29,646 nt of DNA from sequence record SRR20825006_1933; one strand, written 5' to 3'. Shown here one piece after another: positions 8,982 through 19,569 of the stretch (within the stretch, counting starts at the first letter, position 1; each line of letters opens with the position of its first letter). The translations under genes were made by a program, and so were the position numbers. The notes beneath the pieces are model-generated. The model was given only the letters and a program-made list of their open reading frames with translations, was not told the DNA's origin and made no database searches.

Positions 8982-11900
8982 ATGCCACGCGCAGCCCATA
9001 CCCCTCCATCAACCACCAGAAAACCCAGTCGTGCCATAAACCGTCTCGGCATGCTTGCCGGGAGCCTGGGTATTGGCATCGTCATCTTCGTCGTTGCGGT
9101 CGCGATGATCGAGTTGACGCGCGGCGCTGGGCGTGTGGCTGCCGTCTGGCCCGCGAACGCGATCCTAATTGTATTGCTTCTGAAGAACCCGCGCAGGAAC
9201 TGGGTTGCTCTTCTCACGGCAATGATGGTCGCGCTGGTGCTAGCAAACATCTATTCAGGAGACCCGATTCTTCGAGCGTTCGTCTTGGCCCTGGCAAATG
9301 TAGCAGAAGTCTGCTGCGTCGCCTTTATTTTCGTATACCAGCGCAAGATACGCTTCATTAGCCTCGCGGGAATATCCACCTTAATCGTCGGTGGATTCGC
9401 CGGCAGCCTTTTGTCATCCCTTATAGCAGCAATAGGATTGTACACGACTGGAGAGAACCTCGTACTCTCTGAAGCCCTTGTCTGGTTTTCAGCGGACTTT
9501 CTCGGCATAGTTCTGTTCACTCCAATAATCTGGTCTTTGGCGGACCGCTCGAGAAAGTTCGTCAGCACATCGCCTGACCTCCAGTATATTCTCAAGCTTG
9601 GACTCTTGTGTGCGACGACTTTCTTCGTTTTCGCCCAGAGCGACTATCCATTCCTCTTCCTCGTACCTCCCGCGCTCGTATTCCTCGCTTTTGGAGGAGG
9701 TGTAAAAGCAGCCGCCATCGGACTACTCATGATCACGGCCATCTCTTTGCCGTTCACCTTGGCCGGTACCGGCCCAATGCATCTGATGTCAGCCGAAATC
9801 ACATCCAAGATTTTGGCGCTTCAACTATTCCTGGCGACGAACTCCATTCTAGGACTCGCCGTTGGAGCAGCCTCTTCGGATCGCCGTCGACTGATCAATC
9901 ATATCAGGCGGTCTCGAGAGCGCTTGTCGCGCAAGTCACGCGAACAACAGGAAATGCTGACAAAGGCGCATCTGGCCGAACGCATGGCGGGCGTCGGGCA
10001 CTGGACTCTGAACCCGTCCACCCAGGAAGTGGACTGGTCGCCGGAAGTTTATGCAATTCACGGCGTTACAAAAGAAGAATTCAACCCGATGTATGGCGAC
10101 GCGGTCATGTTCTACGCTGAAGAAGACCGCGATCGTGTGCGCGCTTTGGTTCAGCGGGCTGTCAACAAGGCGGAAGGCTGGGAATTTCAAGCTACTATTG
10201 TTCGAAAGTCGGATGGTAAAAGGCGACGCGTGCGCTCTATCGGCGATTTTCTCTTGGACGAGACGGGCAAGGTCGAGCGAGTATTCGGCGTGTTCAAGGA
10301 TGTCACCGATGAACAGGTAGTGCTTGAAGCACTCGCAAATAGTGAATCCAAGTACCGGACCCTCGCGGAAAATTCTACAGACATTATTGTAAAGTTCGGC
10401 TTGGACGGGGTCATCACTTACGCGTCGCCAGCATGCGAAATTCTGGGCATCTCGCCAGAAGACGCCATCGGCCTGTCGACCTTGGATTTTACGATCCCGG
10501 AGGACCGACCACATGCCGCAGAGCTCACACAAGCGCTATTTCAGAACACTGCCGTTGACACGTCTGTACAGAGAGAATTTCGTGCCAAGGACAAGCACGG
10601 GAACATCATTTGGCTCGAAGGTAATCCGAAGTTGATTCAGGGCGAGGATGGTCGTCCACGGGAAGTAATATCGACCTTCCGGGATATTACGGATCGAAAG
10701 GAAAGGGAACAAGCGTTGGCCGAGGCGCGCGCTGAGGCCGAATCCGCTGGCAAGGCGAAGGCAGAGTTCCTCTCGAATATGAGCCACGAAATTCGTACGC
10801 CCCTGAATGGCATCCTCGGCTTCACACAACTGCTGGAGCAGACGGATCTGGATGATGAACAAAAGCTGTTTGCTACCCGAGCGACGAAGGCCGGACGCCT
10901 GTTGAGAGATATTGTCAACGATATTCTGGATTACTCCAAAATAGACGCAGAAAGCGTCCAGTTAGAAGAGAGGGCTGTCGACATTGCTCAACTTGTTCAG
11001 GACACGATTGATCTGGTGCACGCGGGCAGAGACTCGCAATCCGTACCTCTGACATCTACCGTGGAAAGCAACGGCGCCCTCATTGATGAGGTGCGGCTGA
11101 AACAGATACTCACAAATCTAATCGGCAATGCCGCAAAATTCACGACCGAAGGAACGGTCCAAGTCAGCGCCTCCCTAGAGGGAGACTTGCTGAAATTTGA
11201 AGTGGCCGACACGGGCCCTGGCATTCCCCATGACAAACTGGAAAGCGTCTTCGAGGGGTTCAAGCAGGCCGACAATAGCGTAACGCGAAAGTTTGGCGGA
11301 ACGGGCTTGGGGCTCTCCATAAGTCGATCGCTTGCCCGGCTTATGGGGGGAGAACTGCACCTGGAAAGCGAGCTTGGACAGGGTACGGTTGCGAAACTGG
11401 TATTGCCGTTCAAGCCTGCGGAAGTACTGATGTCCGACTTCCGCTCAACTGCCAAGACTCCCCAACTCGCTAAGCTCAAGATCATGGCCGTGGACGATGT
11501 CGCCATGAATTTGGAACTGATTGAATTGGGGCTCGGAAAGTTCGGTCATTCGGTTCGGGGCTTTCTGTCTGCGCATGATGCACTGACCTCCCTTCGCAAA
11601 GGCGACACGTATGATGTCATCCTGATGGATGTCCAGATGCCGGAATTTGATGGCATTGCCGCAACACGCGCAATTCGGGCGCTGTCTGCGCCAGCCAGTC
11701 AAGTTCCGATTGTGGCACTGACCGCAAACGTCCTACCCGAGCAGATCGCTGAATGCATGAAAGCTGGCATGACGGATCACGCTCCCAAGCCGATTGATAT
11801 CGTTCAACTGAATGCACTCGTTTCTTGTCTCACAAGCCAGTCGGTTGACCCGGCCGCTTCTACCAGCGAGCAGCTACCCACCAAGGATCCGATAGAAGAA

Positions 11901-12176
11901 CTGAAGCTCAAATATCGGGACTACCTCAGCACGGTACCTGCAGAGTTTGCGGCCATTCTAAATAAAGAAGACCGCAAAGTGGTGCTGGAAGAGATTCGTC
12001 AATTGTCTCACTCTATTGCCGGCAGCGCTGGAAGCTTTGGTTACACCGAAATCTCCACCGCCGCATTTTCTCTGGAAACAGTCGCGCGGGATATGAGCAA
12101 GAGCGGGAAGTTCTCAGAAGAATTGGTGGAAAGCCTGAGCCACTTCATTCGCGCGACCGAGCGCCTTGTTGCCTGA
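8982..12176 (+). CDS. Hybrid sensor histidine kinase (MASE1-like TM region, two PAS, HisKA, HATPase, REC, Hpt)
   Basis: VWPANAI (MASE1-like); FLSNMSHEIRTPLNGI; GGTGLGLSI; VILMDVQMP; LSHSIAGSAGSFG (Hpt). Start may be 9051. Confidence 0.93.
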   Translation: MPRAAHTPPSTTRKPSRAINRLGMLAGSLGIGIVIFVVAVAMIELTRGAGRVAAVWPANAILIVLLLKNPRRNWVALLTAMMVALVLANIYSGDPILRAFVLALANVAEVCCVAFIFVYQRKIRFISLAGISTLIVGGFAGSLLSSLIAAIGLYTTGENLVLSEALVWFSADFLGIVLFTPIIWSLADRSRKFVSTSPDLQYILKLGLLCATTFFVFAQSDYPFLFLVPPALVFLAFGGGVKAAAIGLLMITAISLPFTLAGTGPMHLMSAEITSKILALQLFLATNSILGLAVGAASSDRRRLINHIRRSRERLSRKSREQQEMLTKAHLAERMAGVGHWTLNPSTQEVDWSPEVYAIHGVTKEEFNPMYGDAVMFYAEEDRDRVRALVQRAVNKAEGWEFQATIVRKSDGKRRRVRSIGDFLLDETGKVERVFGVFKDVTDEQVVLEALANSESKYRTLAENSTDIIVKFGLDGVITYASPACEILGISPEDAIGLSTLDFTIPEDRPHAAELTQALFQNTAVDTSVQREFRAKDKHGNIIWLEGNPKLIQGEDGRPREVISTFRDITDRKEREQALAEARAEAESAGKAKAEFLSNMSHEIRTPLNGILGFTQLLEQTDLDDEQKLFATRATKAGRLLRDIVNDILDYSKIDAESVQLEERAVDIAQLVQDTIDLVHAGRDSQSVPLTSTVESNGALIDEVRLKQILTNLIGNAAKFTTEGTVQVSASLEGDLLKFEVADTGPGIPHDKLESVFEGFKQADNSVTRKFGGTGLGLSISRSLARLMGGELHLESELGQGTVAKLVLPFKPAEVLMSDFRSTAKTPQLAKLKIMAVDDVAMNLELIELGLGKFGHSVRGFLSAHDALTSLRKGDTYDVILMDVQMPEFDGIAATRAIRALSAPASQVPIVALTANVLPEQIAECMKAGMTDHAPKPIDIVQLNALVSCLTSQSVDPAASTSEQLPTKDPIEELKLKYRDYLSTVPAEFAAILNKEDRKVVLEEIRQLSHSIAGSAGSFGYTEISTAAFSLETVARDMSKSGKFSEELVESLSHFIRATERLVA

Positions 12177-12306
12177 GATAAGCCGTACCACCCGCTACGA
12201 TCCTGCTTCACAGACTAAGGACAATACGTCTTCACCACGGAGGCCCTGGCGCTCCCGGTCATGTTTCGAATCCGCAATAGGGTCCGGAATTCATTCAGAT
12301 ATCTGA

Positions 12307-13326
12307 CTATTCTTCCGAGGGAAGACCGCCCAGCTCTCGAACACTTGCCCGCACCACCAATTCTGTCGGAAGCATTTCATGTATTTCCGGCGCGATTTGG
12401 CCTCTCAGGATGTCACACATCAGGGTCATTGCCACCTCTCCTATTCTTTCTGCGGGCTGCATCACAGTGGTCAGGGGCGGCGTACAGTATTTTCCGAATT
12501 CGATGTTGTCGAAGCCGGAGATCGACAGGTCGTTCGGCAGGTTGAAACCAAGATCATGGGCCGCGCGGATTGCGCCAATCGCAATCTCATCACTCATACA
12601 GAATAGCGCCGACACATTTCGCTCGCGTGACAATAGGCGCATGGCCGAATTCTCCCCACCCGCCATCGAGTAGGGCCCGTACGCCACCACGGTCTCATCG
12701 AATGGTAGTTCCCGTGCAGCCAACGCGTCGCGAATTCCCGCCAGCCGCTCTTGCGTTACCAGCCGGTCTTTCAGGCCTGCCAACACCGCGATCCGGCGAT
12801 GCCCAGACGCAAGAAGGTGCTCCGCCATCATTGCCGCTGCGCTGCGGTCATCGATACCAACCGTCGGGTACTGGCCGCGCGGATCGGCACTGATCGCCTG
12901 TACGAAGGGAATCGCGCAGTGTTCTCCCTCATGGTGCAACTGGTCGAGCGGCCGCTCGCCCAGCTGGATCACGCCGTCGGCACGATAGGTTTCCACCATC
13001 TCCACACCAACGGATTCGATGGCCGCATCGTCTCCGGTGTCAGACACGATCAAATTGAACTTGTTCTCTACCGCGACACGCTCAATGCCCGAGATAACCC
13101 TAGCGAACAGAACGTTTGCAATGTCCGGCACCATGACAAGCACCGTATTGGTACGCTTCTCCCGGAACAATTGAGCCAATGAGCTCGGCTTATATTTCAG
13201 TTCCTCAGCTGCGGCCAGGACGCGTTCGAGCGTCGTCGCGGACAGTTTGCTCGGATCTGAAAATGCCCGCGACACAGTCGCGGGGGAGACAGCAGCAAGC
13301 TTCGCGACGTCCCTGATCTGAGCCAT
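12307..13326 (-). CDS. LacI-family transcriptional regulator
   Basis: IRDVAKLAAVSPATVSRA HTH; ISGFDN...PPLTTV sugar-binding domain; start at ATG 13326. Confidence 0.95.
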   Translation of the reverse strand: MAQIRDVAKLAAVSPATVSRAFSDPSKLSATTLERVLAAAEELKYKPSSLAQLFREKRTNTVLVMVPDIANVLFARVISGIERVAVENKFNLIVSDTGDDAAIESVGVEMVETYRADGVIQLGERPLDQLHHEGEHCAIPFVQAISADPRGQYPTVGIDDRSAAAMMAEHLLASGHRRIAVLAGLKDRLVTQERLAGIRDALAARELPFDETVVAYGPYSMAGGENSAMRLLSRERNVSALFCMSDEIAIGAIRAAHDLGFNLPNDLSISGFDNIEFGKYCTPPLTTVMQPAERIGEVAMTLMCDILRGQIAPEIHEMLPTELVVRASVRELGGLPSEE

Positions 13327-13426
13327 TAAGTTCTCCGGCAAGCCATTTCGGCTTTCTTAGGCTCCCCATCGGTGCACCTCGCCCGAATTGCGGAACCATC
13401 CAATCATCAAACACCATGACCGCTTG

Positions 13427-13446
13427 CAATGAAACCGGTTGTATTG
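13427..13446. promoter_or_regulatory. LacI-type operator
   Basis: Imperfect palindrome CAATGAAACCGGTTGTATTG with central AACCGGTT, between the lacI-family gene and the symporter, overlapping a TTGCAA -35-like hexamer. Confidence 0.75.
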
Positions 13447-13571
13447 AATGTTCTCATGGTCAGGCACGCACAAAACGTTGGCGACGGCGGCTCATTTGGC
13501 TGCAAGGAGGAATTCGGTGCACCGCCGCCCGCCCGGGGCGAACCGCGCGCACTAACTAGGAGTCGGGGACC

Positions 13572-15527
13572 GTGAGTCTACATCCGATTGATATGGCCGT
13601 GATCGCGGCATACATCGGCTTGACGCTGTTCATCGGCTTCTGGATTTCCACCAAGGCCAACAAGGGTGTGCGGAGCTACTTTCTGGGTGGCAATCGGTTG
13701 CCCTGGTATGCGCTGGGCCTGTCGAACGCCTCTGGTATGTTCGATGTAGCTGGTACGATGTGGCTCGTATCCATCCTGTTTGTGTATGGTCTGAAAAGCG
13801 TCTGGATCCCATGGCTCTGGCCCGTCTTCAACCAAGTATTCCTGATGGTCTTCCTATCCATCTGGTTGCGCCGGTCGGGCGCGATGACCGGGGCAGAGTG
13901 GATTACCTTCCGATTTGGCGATGGCCCAGCCGCACGGTTAAGCCATTTGATCGTCGTGTTGTTCGCGTTGATCTTGGTGCTCGCCTACATGGCCTACAGC
14001 TTCCTCGGCATCGGCAAGCTCGCAGTCCAGTTCATCCCGCTGGACCTCGCGGGCTTTCTTAATCTCGATGTTTTCCTACCTGCTGCCCTGAAGGCGCCCA
14101 ATCTCGCCGGTGACCTCCTGGCCCAGAGGGAAGCCGCAATGGTCTCGCTCAATGAGAAGATTTTCGGCGTCATCCTGATCTTCCTTACATCGCTCTATGT
14201 CATCAAGGGCGGCATGTACTCCGTAGTCTTTACGGAAGTCATGCAATTCCTCGTCATTACGATTGCCAGTGTCGGTATTGCCGTGATCGCCATGATGCAT
14301 GTTGCACCGGAGACGCTGGCTGTGGCGGTCCCCGAAGGATGGAGCAACCCCTTTTTTGGATGGGAGCTTGGCCTTGATTGGTCCAGTCTGCTTCCCTCTG
14401 CCGATGCCAAAATAGCGAGTGAGGGCTACTCGCTGTTCGCAATATTCTTCATGCTTGTCTTGCTGAAAGGCATCTTCACATCACTTGCCGGACCGGCCCC
14501 AAACTACGACATGCAGCGCATCCTTTCAGCCCGCACTCCGATCGAAGCTGCCAAGATGAGTGCGCTGGTCAGCATTGTCCTGAATGTCCCCCGCTACTTG
14601 CTGATCACCGGCCTGACGATTCTCGCGCTGGTCTATTTCAGTCCTTATTTGCGCGAGATGGGCACAGATGCGGACTTTGAGGCTGTGCTGCCATTTGCAC
14701 TACGCGAATTCATTCCAGTCGGGCTGCTCGGCCTTACCCTCGCCGGCCTGCTGGCCGCGTTCATGTCCAGCTTCGCCGCCCCCCTCAACGCCGCCCCAGC
14801 ATATGTCGTAAATGACATCTACCGGAAATACATCAGGCCGAATGCGTCCGAGAAGACCTATCTTAGAATCAGTTATCTCGTCTCCACGATCTTCGTAATC
14901 GTCGGCACGCTCATTGGAGTGTTCCTGACCAGTATCGACAATGTCATCAACTGGATCACGGCGGGTCTCTATGGCGGATACACGGCCGCCAATGTGGTGA
15001 AATGGTATTGGTGGCGTATGAATGGCTATGGTTACTTCTGGGGCATGCTGACGGGTATCCTATGCGCGCTTGGCTTGGGTTTGCCACACGTGGACATCAA
15101 CCCATTACAAGCTTTCCCATTCTTCTTCGCCGCGTGCCTTGTCGCCGTCGTGATCGGCTCTCTGGTGACCAAGCCAACCGAAATGGAAACGTTGGAACGG
15201 TTCTACCTGAGAACTCGTCCATGGGGCCTTTGGAGACCCGTCGCCAATTCACTCGCCGCCAACGGTCGAACTGTCATCCCCAATACGAACTTGAAGCGCG
15301 ATCTGATTAACGTGGCCGTTGGTATTGTCTGGCAGACGGCTTTGATCTGCGTCCCCATTTTCCTCGTCATTCAGGACTGGCCCAAAATGGTTGCAGCGCT
15401 TTCAGTTGTGACCATCACCAGCGTGTTCCTGAAACGCAACTGGTATGACCAGATGAAAGACTATCCCGCAGACTACTCTCCCGGCGAGGAGCCAGCACAC
15501 CGGTCCGGCGTCGGACTGAATTTATGA
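13572..15527 (+). CDS. Sodium:solute symporter, probably for sugars or oligosaccharides
   Basis: YFLGGNRLPW, DMQRILSAR and LLAAFMSS; many TM helices; AGGAG RBS. Confidence 0.92.
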   Translation: MSLHPIDMAVIAAYIGLTLFIGFWISTKANKGVRSYFLGGNRLPWYALGLSNASGMFDVAGTMWLVSILFVYGLKSVWIPWLWPVFNQVFLMVFLSIWLRRSGAMTGAEWITFRFGDGPAARLSHLIVVLFALILVLAYMAYSFLGIGKLAVQFIPLDLAGFLNLDVFLPAALKAPNLAGDLLAQREAAMVSLNEKIFGVILIFLTSLYVIKGGMYSVVFTEVMQFLVITIASVGIAVIAMMHVAPETLAVAVPEGWSNPFFGWELGLDWSSLLPSADAKIASEGYSLFAIFFMLVLLKGIFTSLAGPAPNYDMQRILSARTPIEAAKMSALVSIVLNVPRYLLITGLTILALVYFSPYLREMGTDADFEAVLPFALREFIPVGLLGLTLAGLLAAFMSSFAAPLNAAPAYVVNDIYRKYIRPNASEKTYLRISYLVSTIFVIVGTLIGVFLTSIDNVINWITAGLYGGYTAANVVKWYWWRMNGYGYFWGMLTGILCALGLGLPHVDINPLQAFPFFFAACLVAVVIGSLVTKPTEMETLERFYLRTRPWGLWRPVANSLAANGRTVIPNTNLKRDLINVAVGIVWQTALICVPIFLVIQDWPKMVAALSVVTITSVFLKRNWYDQMKDYPADYSPGEEPAHRSGVGLNL

Positions 15528-17932
15528 CGGCCCCACGTAATCCTACGCTGGTTCTATCCGATTGGCCGAAGGCGCGAACGCCGCACCTCCAGTGCGAGAA
15601 AACAGAGGCTTTGATTGAGCGAATTCTGGAGTGGCTGACACCTGCGCAGAAGGTTGGGCAAATCATTCAGGCCGACATTGCATCTGTGACGCCTGAGGAT
15701 GTGGCGGCCTATCATCTCGGCTCAGTACTGAATGGCGGCAACTCTGCCCCGAATGGAAATCAGCGTGCCAGTCTCGCGGACTGGCTGGAACTCGCCGATG
15801 AATTTTGGGCGGCATCCATGCGTGCAGATGGCCCTCGTATTCCCTTATTGTGGGGCACCGACGCGGTTCATGGCCACAATAATCTGATTGGGGCAACAAT
15901 CTTCCCACATAATGTCGGACTGGGTGCCGCGCGGGATGCAGAACTGGTGGAACGCATAGGCGCCGCCACCGCACGTGAAGTACGTGCATCAGGTATGGAT
16001 TGGACATTCTCTCCAACCGTCGCTGTCGCGTGCGATAGCCGGTGGGGACGGGCCTATGAGGCCTATTCGGAGTCCCCCGAATTGGTCGCCGAGCTGAGCG
16101 CCGCCCTGGTCCGCGGCCTACAAGGTATTTCGGGCAACGAGAACTTCCTCGGTGACGCCAAGATACTCGCGTGCGCGAAACATTTTATTGGTGATGGGGG
16201 CACTCAGGCGGGACGAGACCAAGGCGAAACGATCGCCTCAGAAGCCGAATTGCGGGAGGTCCACGCAGCCGGGTACTACGCCACTCTCGAAGCTGGAGTG
16301 CAGACTGTGATGGCCTCGTTTTCAAGTTGGGGCGGTCGTAAAATGCACGGACACGAAGCCTTTCTCACAGACCTTCTAAAAGCCCATTGGGGCTTCGATG
16401 GAGTCGTCGTGGGAGATTGGAACGGGCACGGGCAAATTGAGGGCGCTACCCCAACCGATTGCCCCGACGCGCTGATGGCGGGGCTGGACATGTATATGGC
16501 TCCCGATAGCTGGAAAGGCCTGCATGCCTCCCTGTTGCGCCATCTTGAGTCCGGACGAATCACCCGAGAGCGTCTGGACGATGCGGTCCGCCGCGTACTT
16601 AGACTAAAAATGCGTGCAGGCCTGTGCAGCCAACCCGCTCCCAGCGAGCGGCTTCTGGTTGTGCGAGGAAGTATTGTCGGGTGCCCGGCACATACGGACC
16701 TTGCAGCTGCTGCCGTCCGGAAATCTGCTGTTTTGCTAAAAAATGCAAATCAGGTTTTGCCTCTGCAATCGAACCAAAAAATTCTGGTTACGGGGCGCGC
16801 TGCGGATGATCTCGGCATGATGTGCGGGGGTTGGTCACTGTCATGGCAAGGCGGAAATCTCAACCCGGCCGACTATCCGCATGCCGAAACCCTTGTGGCG
16901 GGCATCAGACGCGTTGGCAAAGAGCATGGCAGTAAAGTTACCTATTCACCCGGCGGGCGCATCAAGGACTCGCCGGACATTGCCATTCACGTATTTGGAG
17001 AGGCCCCCTATGCCGAGTTTCGCGGAGACCTGTCGACGCTCGATTTTCAGCCCCGTGACAAGAAAGATGCCGACACGCTCAAACGGCTGCGAAAGGCAGG
17101 CATCCCCACCATCTGCATCTTCCTCTCTGGGCGACCGCTTTGGGTCAACCCGTCATTGAATGCGTCCGACGCCTTCATCGCAGCATTTCTTCCCGGCACT
17201 CAGGCAGGCGCACTCGCCGATATGTTGTTTGCGATGAACGGTCTCGACTTCACCGGCAAATTGCCCTTCTCCTGGCCCCGATATGCGGATCAATATGGGC
17301 ATAACCTGCACTCGCAACCTTATGAGCCCCTATTCCCATTCGGATACGGACTATCCATGAAAGACCGTGGAAGCCTGCGGACGCTGCATGAAGATAGTAT
17401 CGCCACCCAACCCGACCATGGGACAATTTTCGAATATGGCAGAACCGTAGGCAACTGGACTCTACAACTAGAGAATAGCGGAACTGGAAAGCCTTGGTAT
17501 GGCGGCGAATCCACCTCTGCTGCGGGAGCGCTGGTGCTCAAATCAACTGATTTGGGACAACAAGAAAATGCAATCGAGATGGTTTGGAAGCGCGCACCCT
17601 TTGGGCCTGTCCGTTTCTCACACGAAGAACTGAACCTGACCCGGGAGGTCAACGCCGGCTTCTGTCTCACCTTGACTTTCAACGTTTCTCAGCAGGACGC
17701 AGGCAGCATTGTTCTGGCTGTACTTACCGGGACCGGTCGAAATGAGATGGGCAACTTATCCAAATTCGGAAGGGGTAGCGGAAACGGAGGAGCGTCGACT
17801 TTCCAGATTCCACTCCGGGCAATATCCGAATCGGGTTCCGACATGTCATCCATTGAGGGTATAGAATTCTCGGCTCACAGACCGGCGCGTATCGTCTTGT
17901 CCCACTTGGCCATAGTGATGCCCGACGGCTGA
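15524..17932 (+). CDS. GH3 beta-glucosidase / exo-beta-glucanase with C-terminal accessory domain
   Basis: WGTDAVHG, RWGRAYE, KHFIGDG, VVGDW (nucleophile), GEAPYAE and PLFPFGYGL. Confidence 0.95.
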   Translation: MTAPRNPTLVLSDWPKARTPHLQCEKTEALIERILEWLTPAQKVGQIIQADIASVTPEDVAAYHLGSVLNGGNSAPNGNQRASLADWLELADEFWAASMRADGPRIPLLWGTDAVHGHNNLIGATIFPHNVGLGAARDAELVERIGAATAREVRASGMDWTFSPTVAVACDSRWGRAYEAYSESPELVAELSAALVRGLQGISGNENFLGDAKILACAKHFIGDGGTQAGRDQGETIASEAELREVHAAGYYATLEAGVQTVMASFSSWGGRKMHGHEAFLTDLLKAHWGFDGVVVGDWNGHGQIEGATPTDCPDALMAGLDMYMAPDSWKGLHASLLRHLESGRITRERLDDAVRRVLRLKMRAGLCSQPAPSERLLVVRGSIVGCPAHTDLAAAAVRKSAVLLKNANQVLPLQSNQKILVTGRAADDLGMMCGGWSLSWQGGNLNPADYPHAETLVAGIRRVGKEHGSKVTYSPGGRIKDSPDIAIHVFGEAPYAEFRGDLSTLDFQPRDKKDADTLKRLRKAGIPTICIFLSGRPLWVNPSLNASDAFIAAFLPGTQAGALADMLFAMNGLDFTGKLPFSWPRYADQYGHNLHSQPYEPLFPFGYGLSMKDRGSLRTLHEDSIATQPDHGTIFEYGRTVGNWTLQLENSGTGKPWYGGESTSAAGALVLKSTDLGQQENAIEMVWKRAPFGPVRFSHEELNLTREVNAGFCLTLTFNVSQQDAGSIVLAVLTGTGRNEMGNLSKFGRGSGNGGASTFQIPLRAISESGSDMSSIEGIEFSAHRPARIVLSHLAIVMPDG

Positions 17933-17939
17933 AGGATAC

Positions 17940-19094
17940 TCATCCTTCTTCCGAAAGTGGTGCATCTTTCTGGCGGAACACGAATTTCATCAATCTTGAA
18001 TCCGAGCCGGACAGATCGTCACGATCACCCAGGAATTTCCCGAAGCTCTCTAATCCATTCACATTGTCCGATACGACTTTCGCCATTAGCAGGATGGGCG
18101 TCGATAACAACATTCCCATGAAGGACCAAACCCACGCCCACAACGCAAATGAGATGAATACGACGACCGCATTTAGCTTCAAACGTCGCCCCACCAGCAC
18201 GGGTGTTAAAAACTGACCCTCTATAGTGTTGATCAACCAATATAGTAGTGCCGGCAGCAGCGCCTGGATCGTATTGTCAAAGGTCACCAAACCGGTGACG
18301 AGTGAAATCGCGATTCCTCCGATTGAGCCTATGTACGGAATATAATTCAACAAGAATGCGCCTAACCCGAACAGCAGCGGATTAGGCATGCCAATCGCCC
18401 ACATAACCGAACCGATGACTATGCCGAGTACGGCGTTGATCGCCGTAATGGTGAACAGATAAGTCGAAAGTTGATTTTCTATTGTGCGCGCGGCTGCCAA
18501 GGCTCGTCGCTTATCCTTAAGCTTGGGCATGACTTGCACGAGCTTTTCATAGAACATGTCACCTGATGCAATCAGGAAGAAGCTCAATGTCAATGTTACG
18601 ATCAACTGGCTGACCACCGCCGGCGTAGCTTGGGTCATTACACTGACGAAGCCAGGCTCGCGGATCGCGACGGTTTGCTGCTTTCCCTGGTTTGTAAGCG
18701 CATCGATCTGGTCGCCAGCCTTCAGGACGGGCTCAATCGTACCGAAGAGGCCACTTAACTCCCGGCGAACTTCGGCAGCGAAAGTCGGTGCGTCACTCAT
18801 ATACTGCTGTAGTGCCTCAGATATGAAGTAGAAAAGAACTCCGAACACGACGAGAAGACTGATCATGATAATTCCGGCCGCAGCACCCGCCGGAATTCCA
18901 ATTCGACCAAGCGCACGCCTCACAGGGCTGAAAGTCAGCGCAAGAATGAACGCGGAGATGATTGGAACAAATACACCTTGCGCAAGACTCAGCGCACCAA
19001 GCACAAGGATCCAGAATATTCCAGTGATCGCCCAATTGCGCACTACGTCTCGTTTGTTGTCTGGAGCACCCGGGGAAGCCATGTTTTCTGTCAC
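17940..19094 (-). CDS. AI-2E family transporter
   Basis: LLNYIPYIG, IEGQFLTPVLVGRRLKLN and GMLLSTP; GGAGG RBS before GTG. Confidence 0.92.
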   Translation of the reverse strand: MTENMASPGAPDNKRDVVRNWAITGIFWILVLGALSLAQGVFVPIISAFILALTFSPVRRALGRIGIPAGAAAGIIMISLLVVFGVLFYFISEALQQYMSDAPTFAAEVRRELSGLFGTIEPVLKAGDQIDALTNQGKQQTVAIREPGFVSVMTQATPAVVSQLIVTLTLSFFLIASGDMFYEKLVQVMPKLKDKRRALAAARTIENQLSTYLFTITAINAVLGIVIGSVMWAIGMPNPLLFGLGAFLLNYIPYIGSIGGIAISLVTGLVTFDNTIQALLPALLYWLINTIEGQFLTPVLVGRRLKLNAVVVFISFALWAWVWSFMGMLLSTPILLMAKVVSDNVNGLESFGKFLGDRDDLSGSDSRLMKFVFRQKDAPLSEEG

Positions 19095-19130
19095 AGCTTA
19101 TATCTCCTCCCGGTAACGCTATGAATCACT

Positions 19131-19155
19131 TACGCCGCTGCGGGGAATTGGTTCC
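19131..19155 (-). promoter_or_regulatory. EcfG-type promoter of the AI-2E gene
   Basis: GGAAC-N16-CGTA. Confidence 0.7.
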
Positions 19156-19182
19156 ATTGCAACCTGTGCGGAAAGAGAGCAC

Positions 19183-19214
19183 AAAAAAGGGCGCTGCAAT
19201 TGCAACGCCCTTTT
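19183..19214 (-). terminator. Intrinsic terminator after DUF1328
   Basis: AAAAGGGCG(C)TGCA / TGCA(A)CGCCCTTTT stem with flanking A/T runs. Confidence 0.8.
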
Positions 19215-19232
19215 CAAAAAATGCAGACCTCA

Positions 19233-19406
19233 CTAGGTCACATTTCGTCCACGGACGGCCCGCGCCACGAAAGACAGGACCAACAGAACGAGGAATACGA
19301 AGAACAGGATTTTGGCGATACCTGCCGAAGCACCAGCGATGCCGCCAAAGCCGAGAACTGCGGCGATTAACGCCAATACGAAAAATGCGATTGCCCAACC
19401 GAGCAT
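19233..19406 (-). CDS. DUF1328 (YtjA-like) small membrane protein, 57 aa
   Basis: [25 protein letters not shown] signature; AAGGAG RBS. Confidence 0.95.
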   Translation of the reverse strand: MLGWAIAFFVLALIAAVLGFGGIAGASAGIAKILFFVFLVLLVLSFVARAVRGRNVT

Positions 19407-19464
19407 GACTATAACTCCTTTTCTCAAACAAATCGACGCAACGTGGTCGATACGATGACAATAC

Positions 19465-19490
19465 AACCCGGTAGGTGGCGTCCCAGTTCC
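19465..19490 (-). promoter_or_regulatory. EcfG-type promoter of DUF1328
   Basis: GGAAC-N17-GGTT. Confidence 0.75.
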
Positions 19491-19513
19491 CGAATATTTT
19501 TTAGTCGACCATT

Positions 19514-19538
19514 GGAACCAAGGGAGACGGGTAACGTT
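19514..19538 (+). promoter_or_regulatory. EcfG-type promoter of the entericidin gene
   Basis: Consensus GGAAC-N16-CGTT. Confidence 0.85.
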
Positions 19539-19569
19539 TGTTTACTGCTTAAAGCGGAAAGGAATTATC

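Noticed and set aside
13392..13417. GGAAC upstream of the symporter as an EcfG promoter
   Set aside because: No -10 match; the region is better explained by the LacI operator and a sigma70-like promoter
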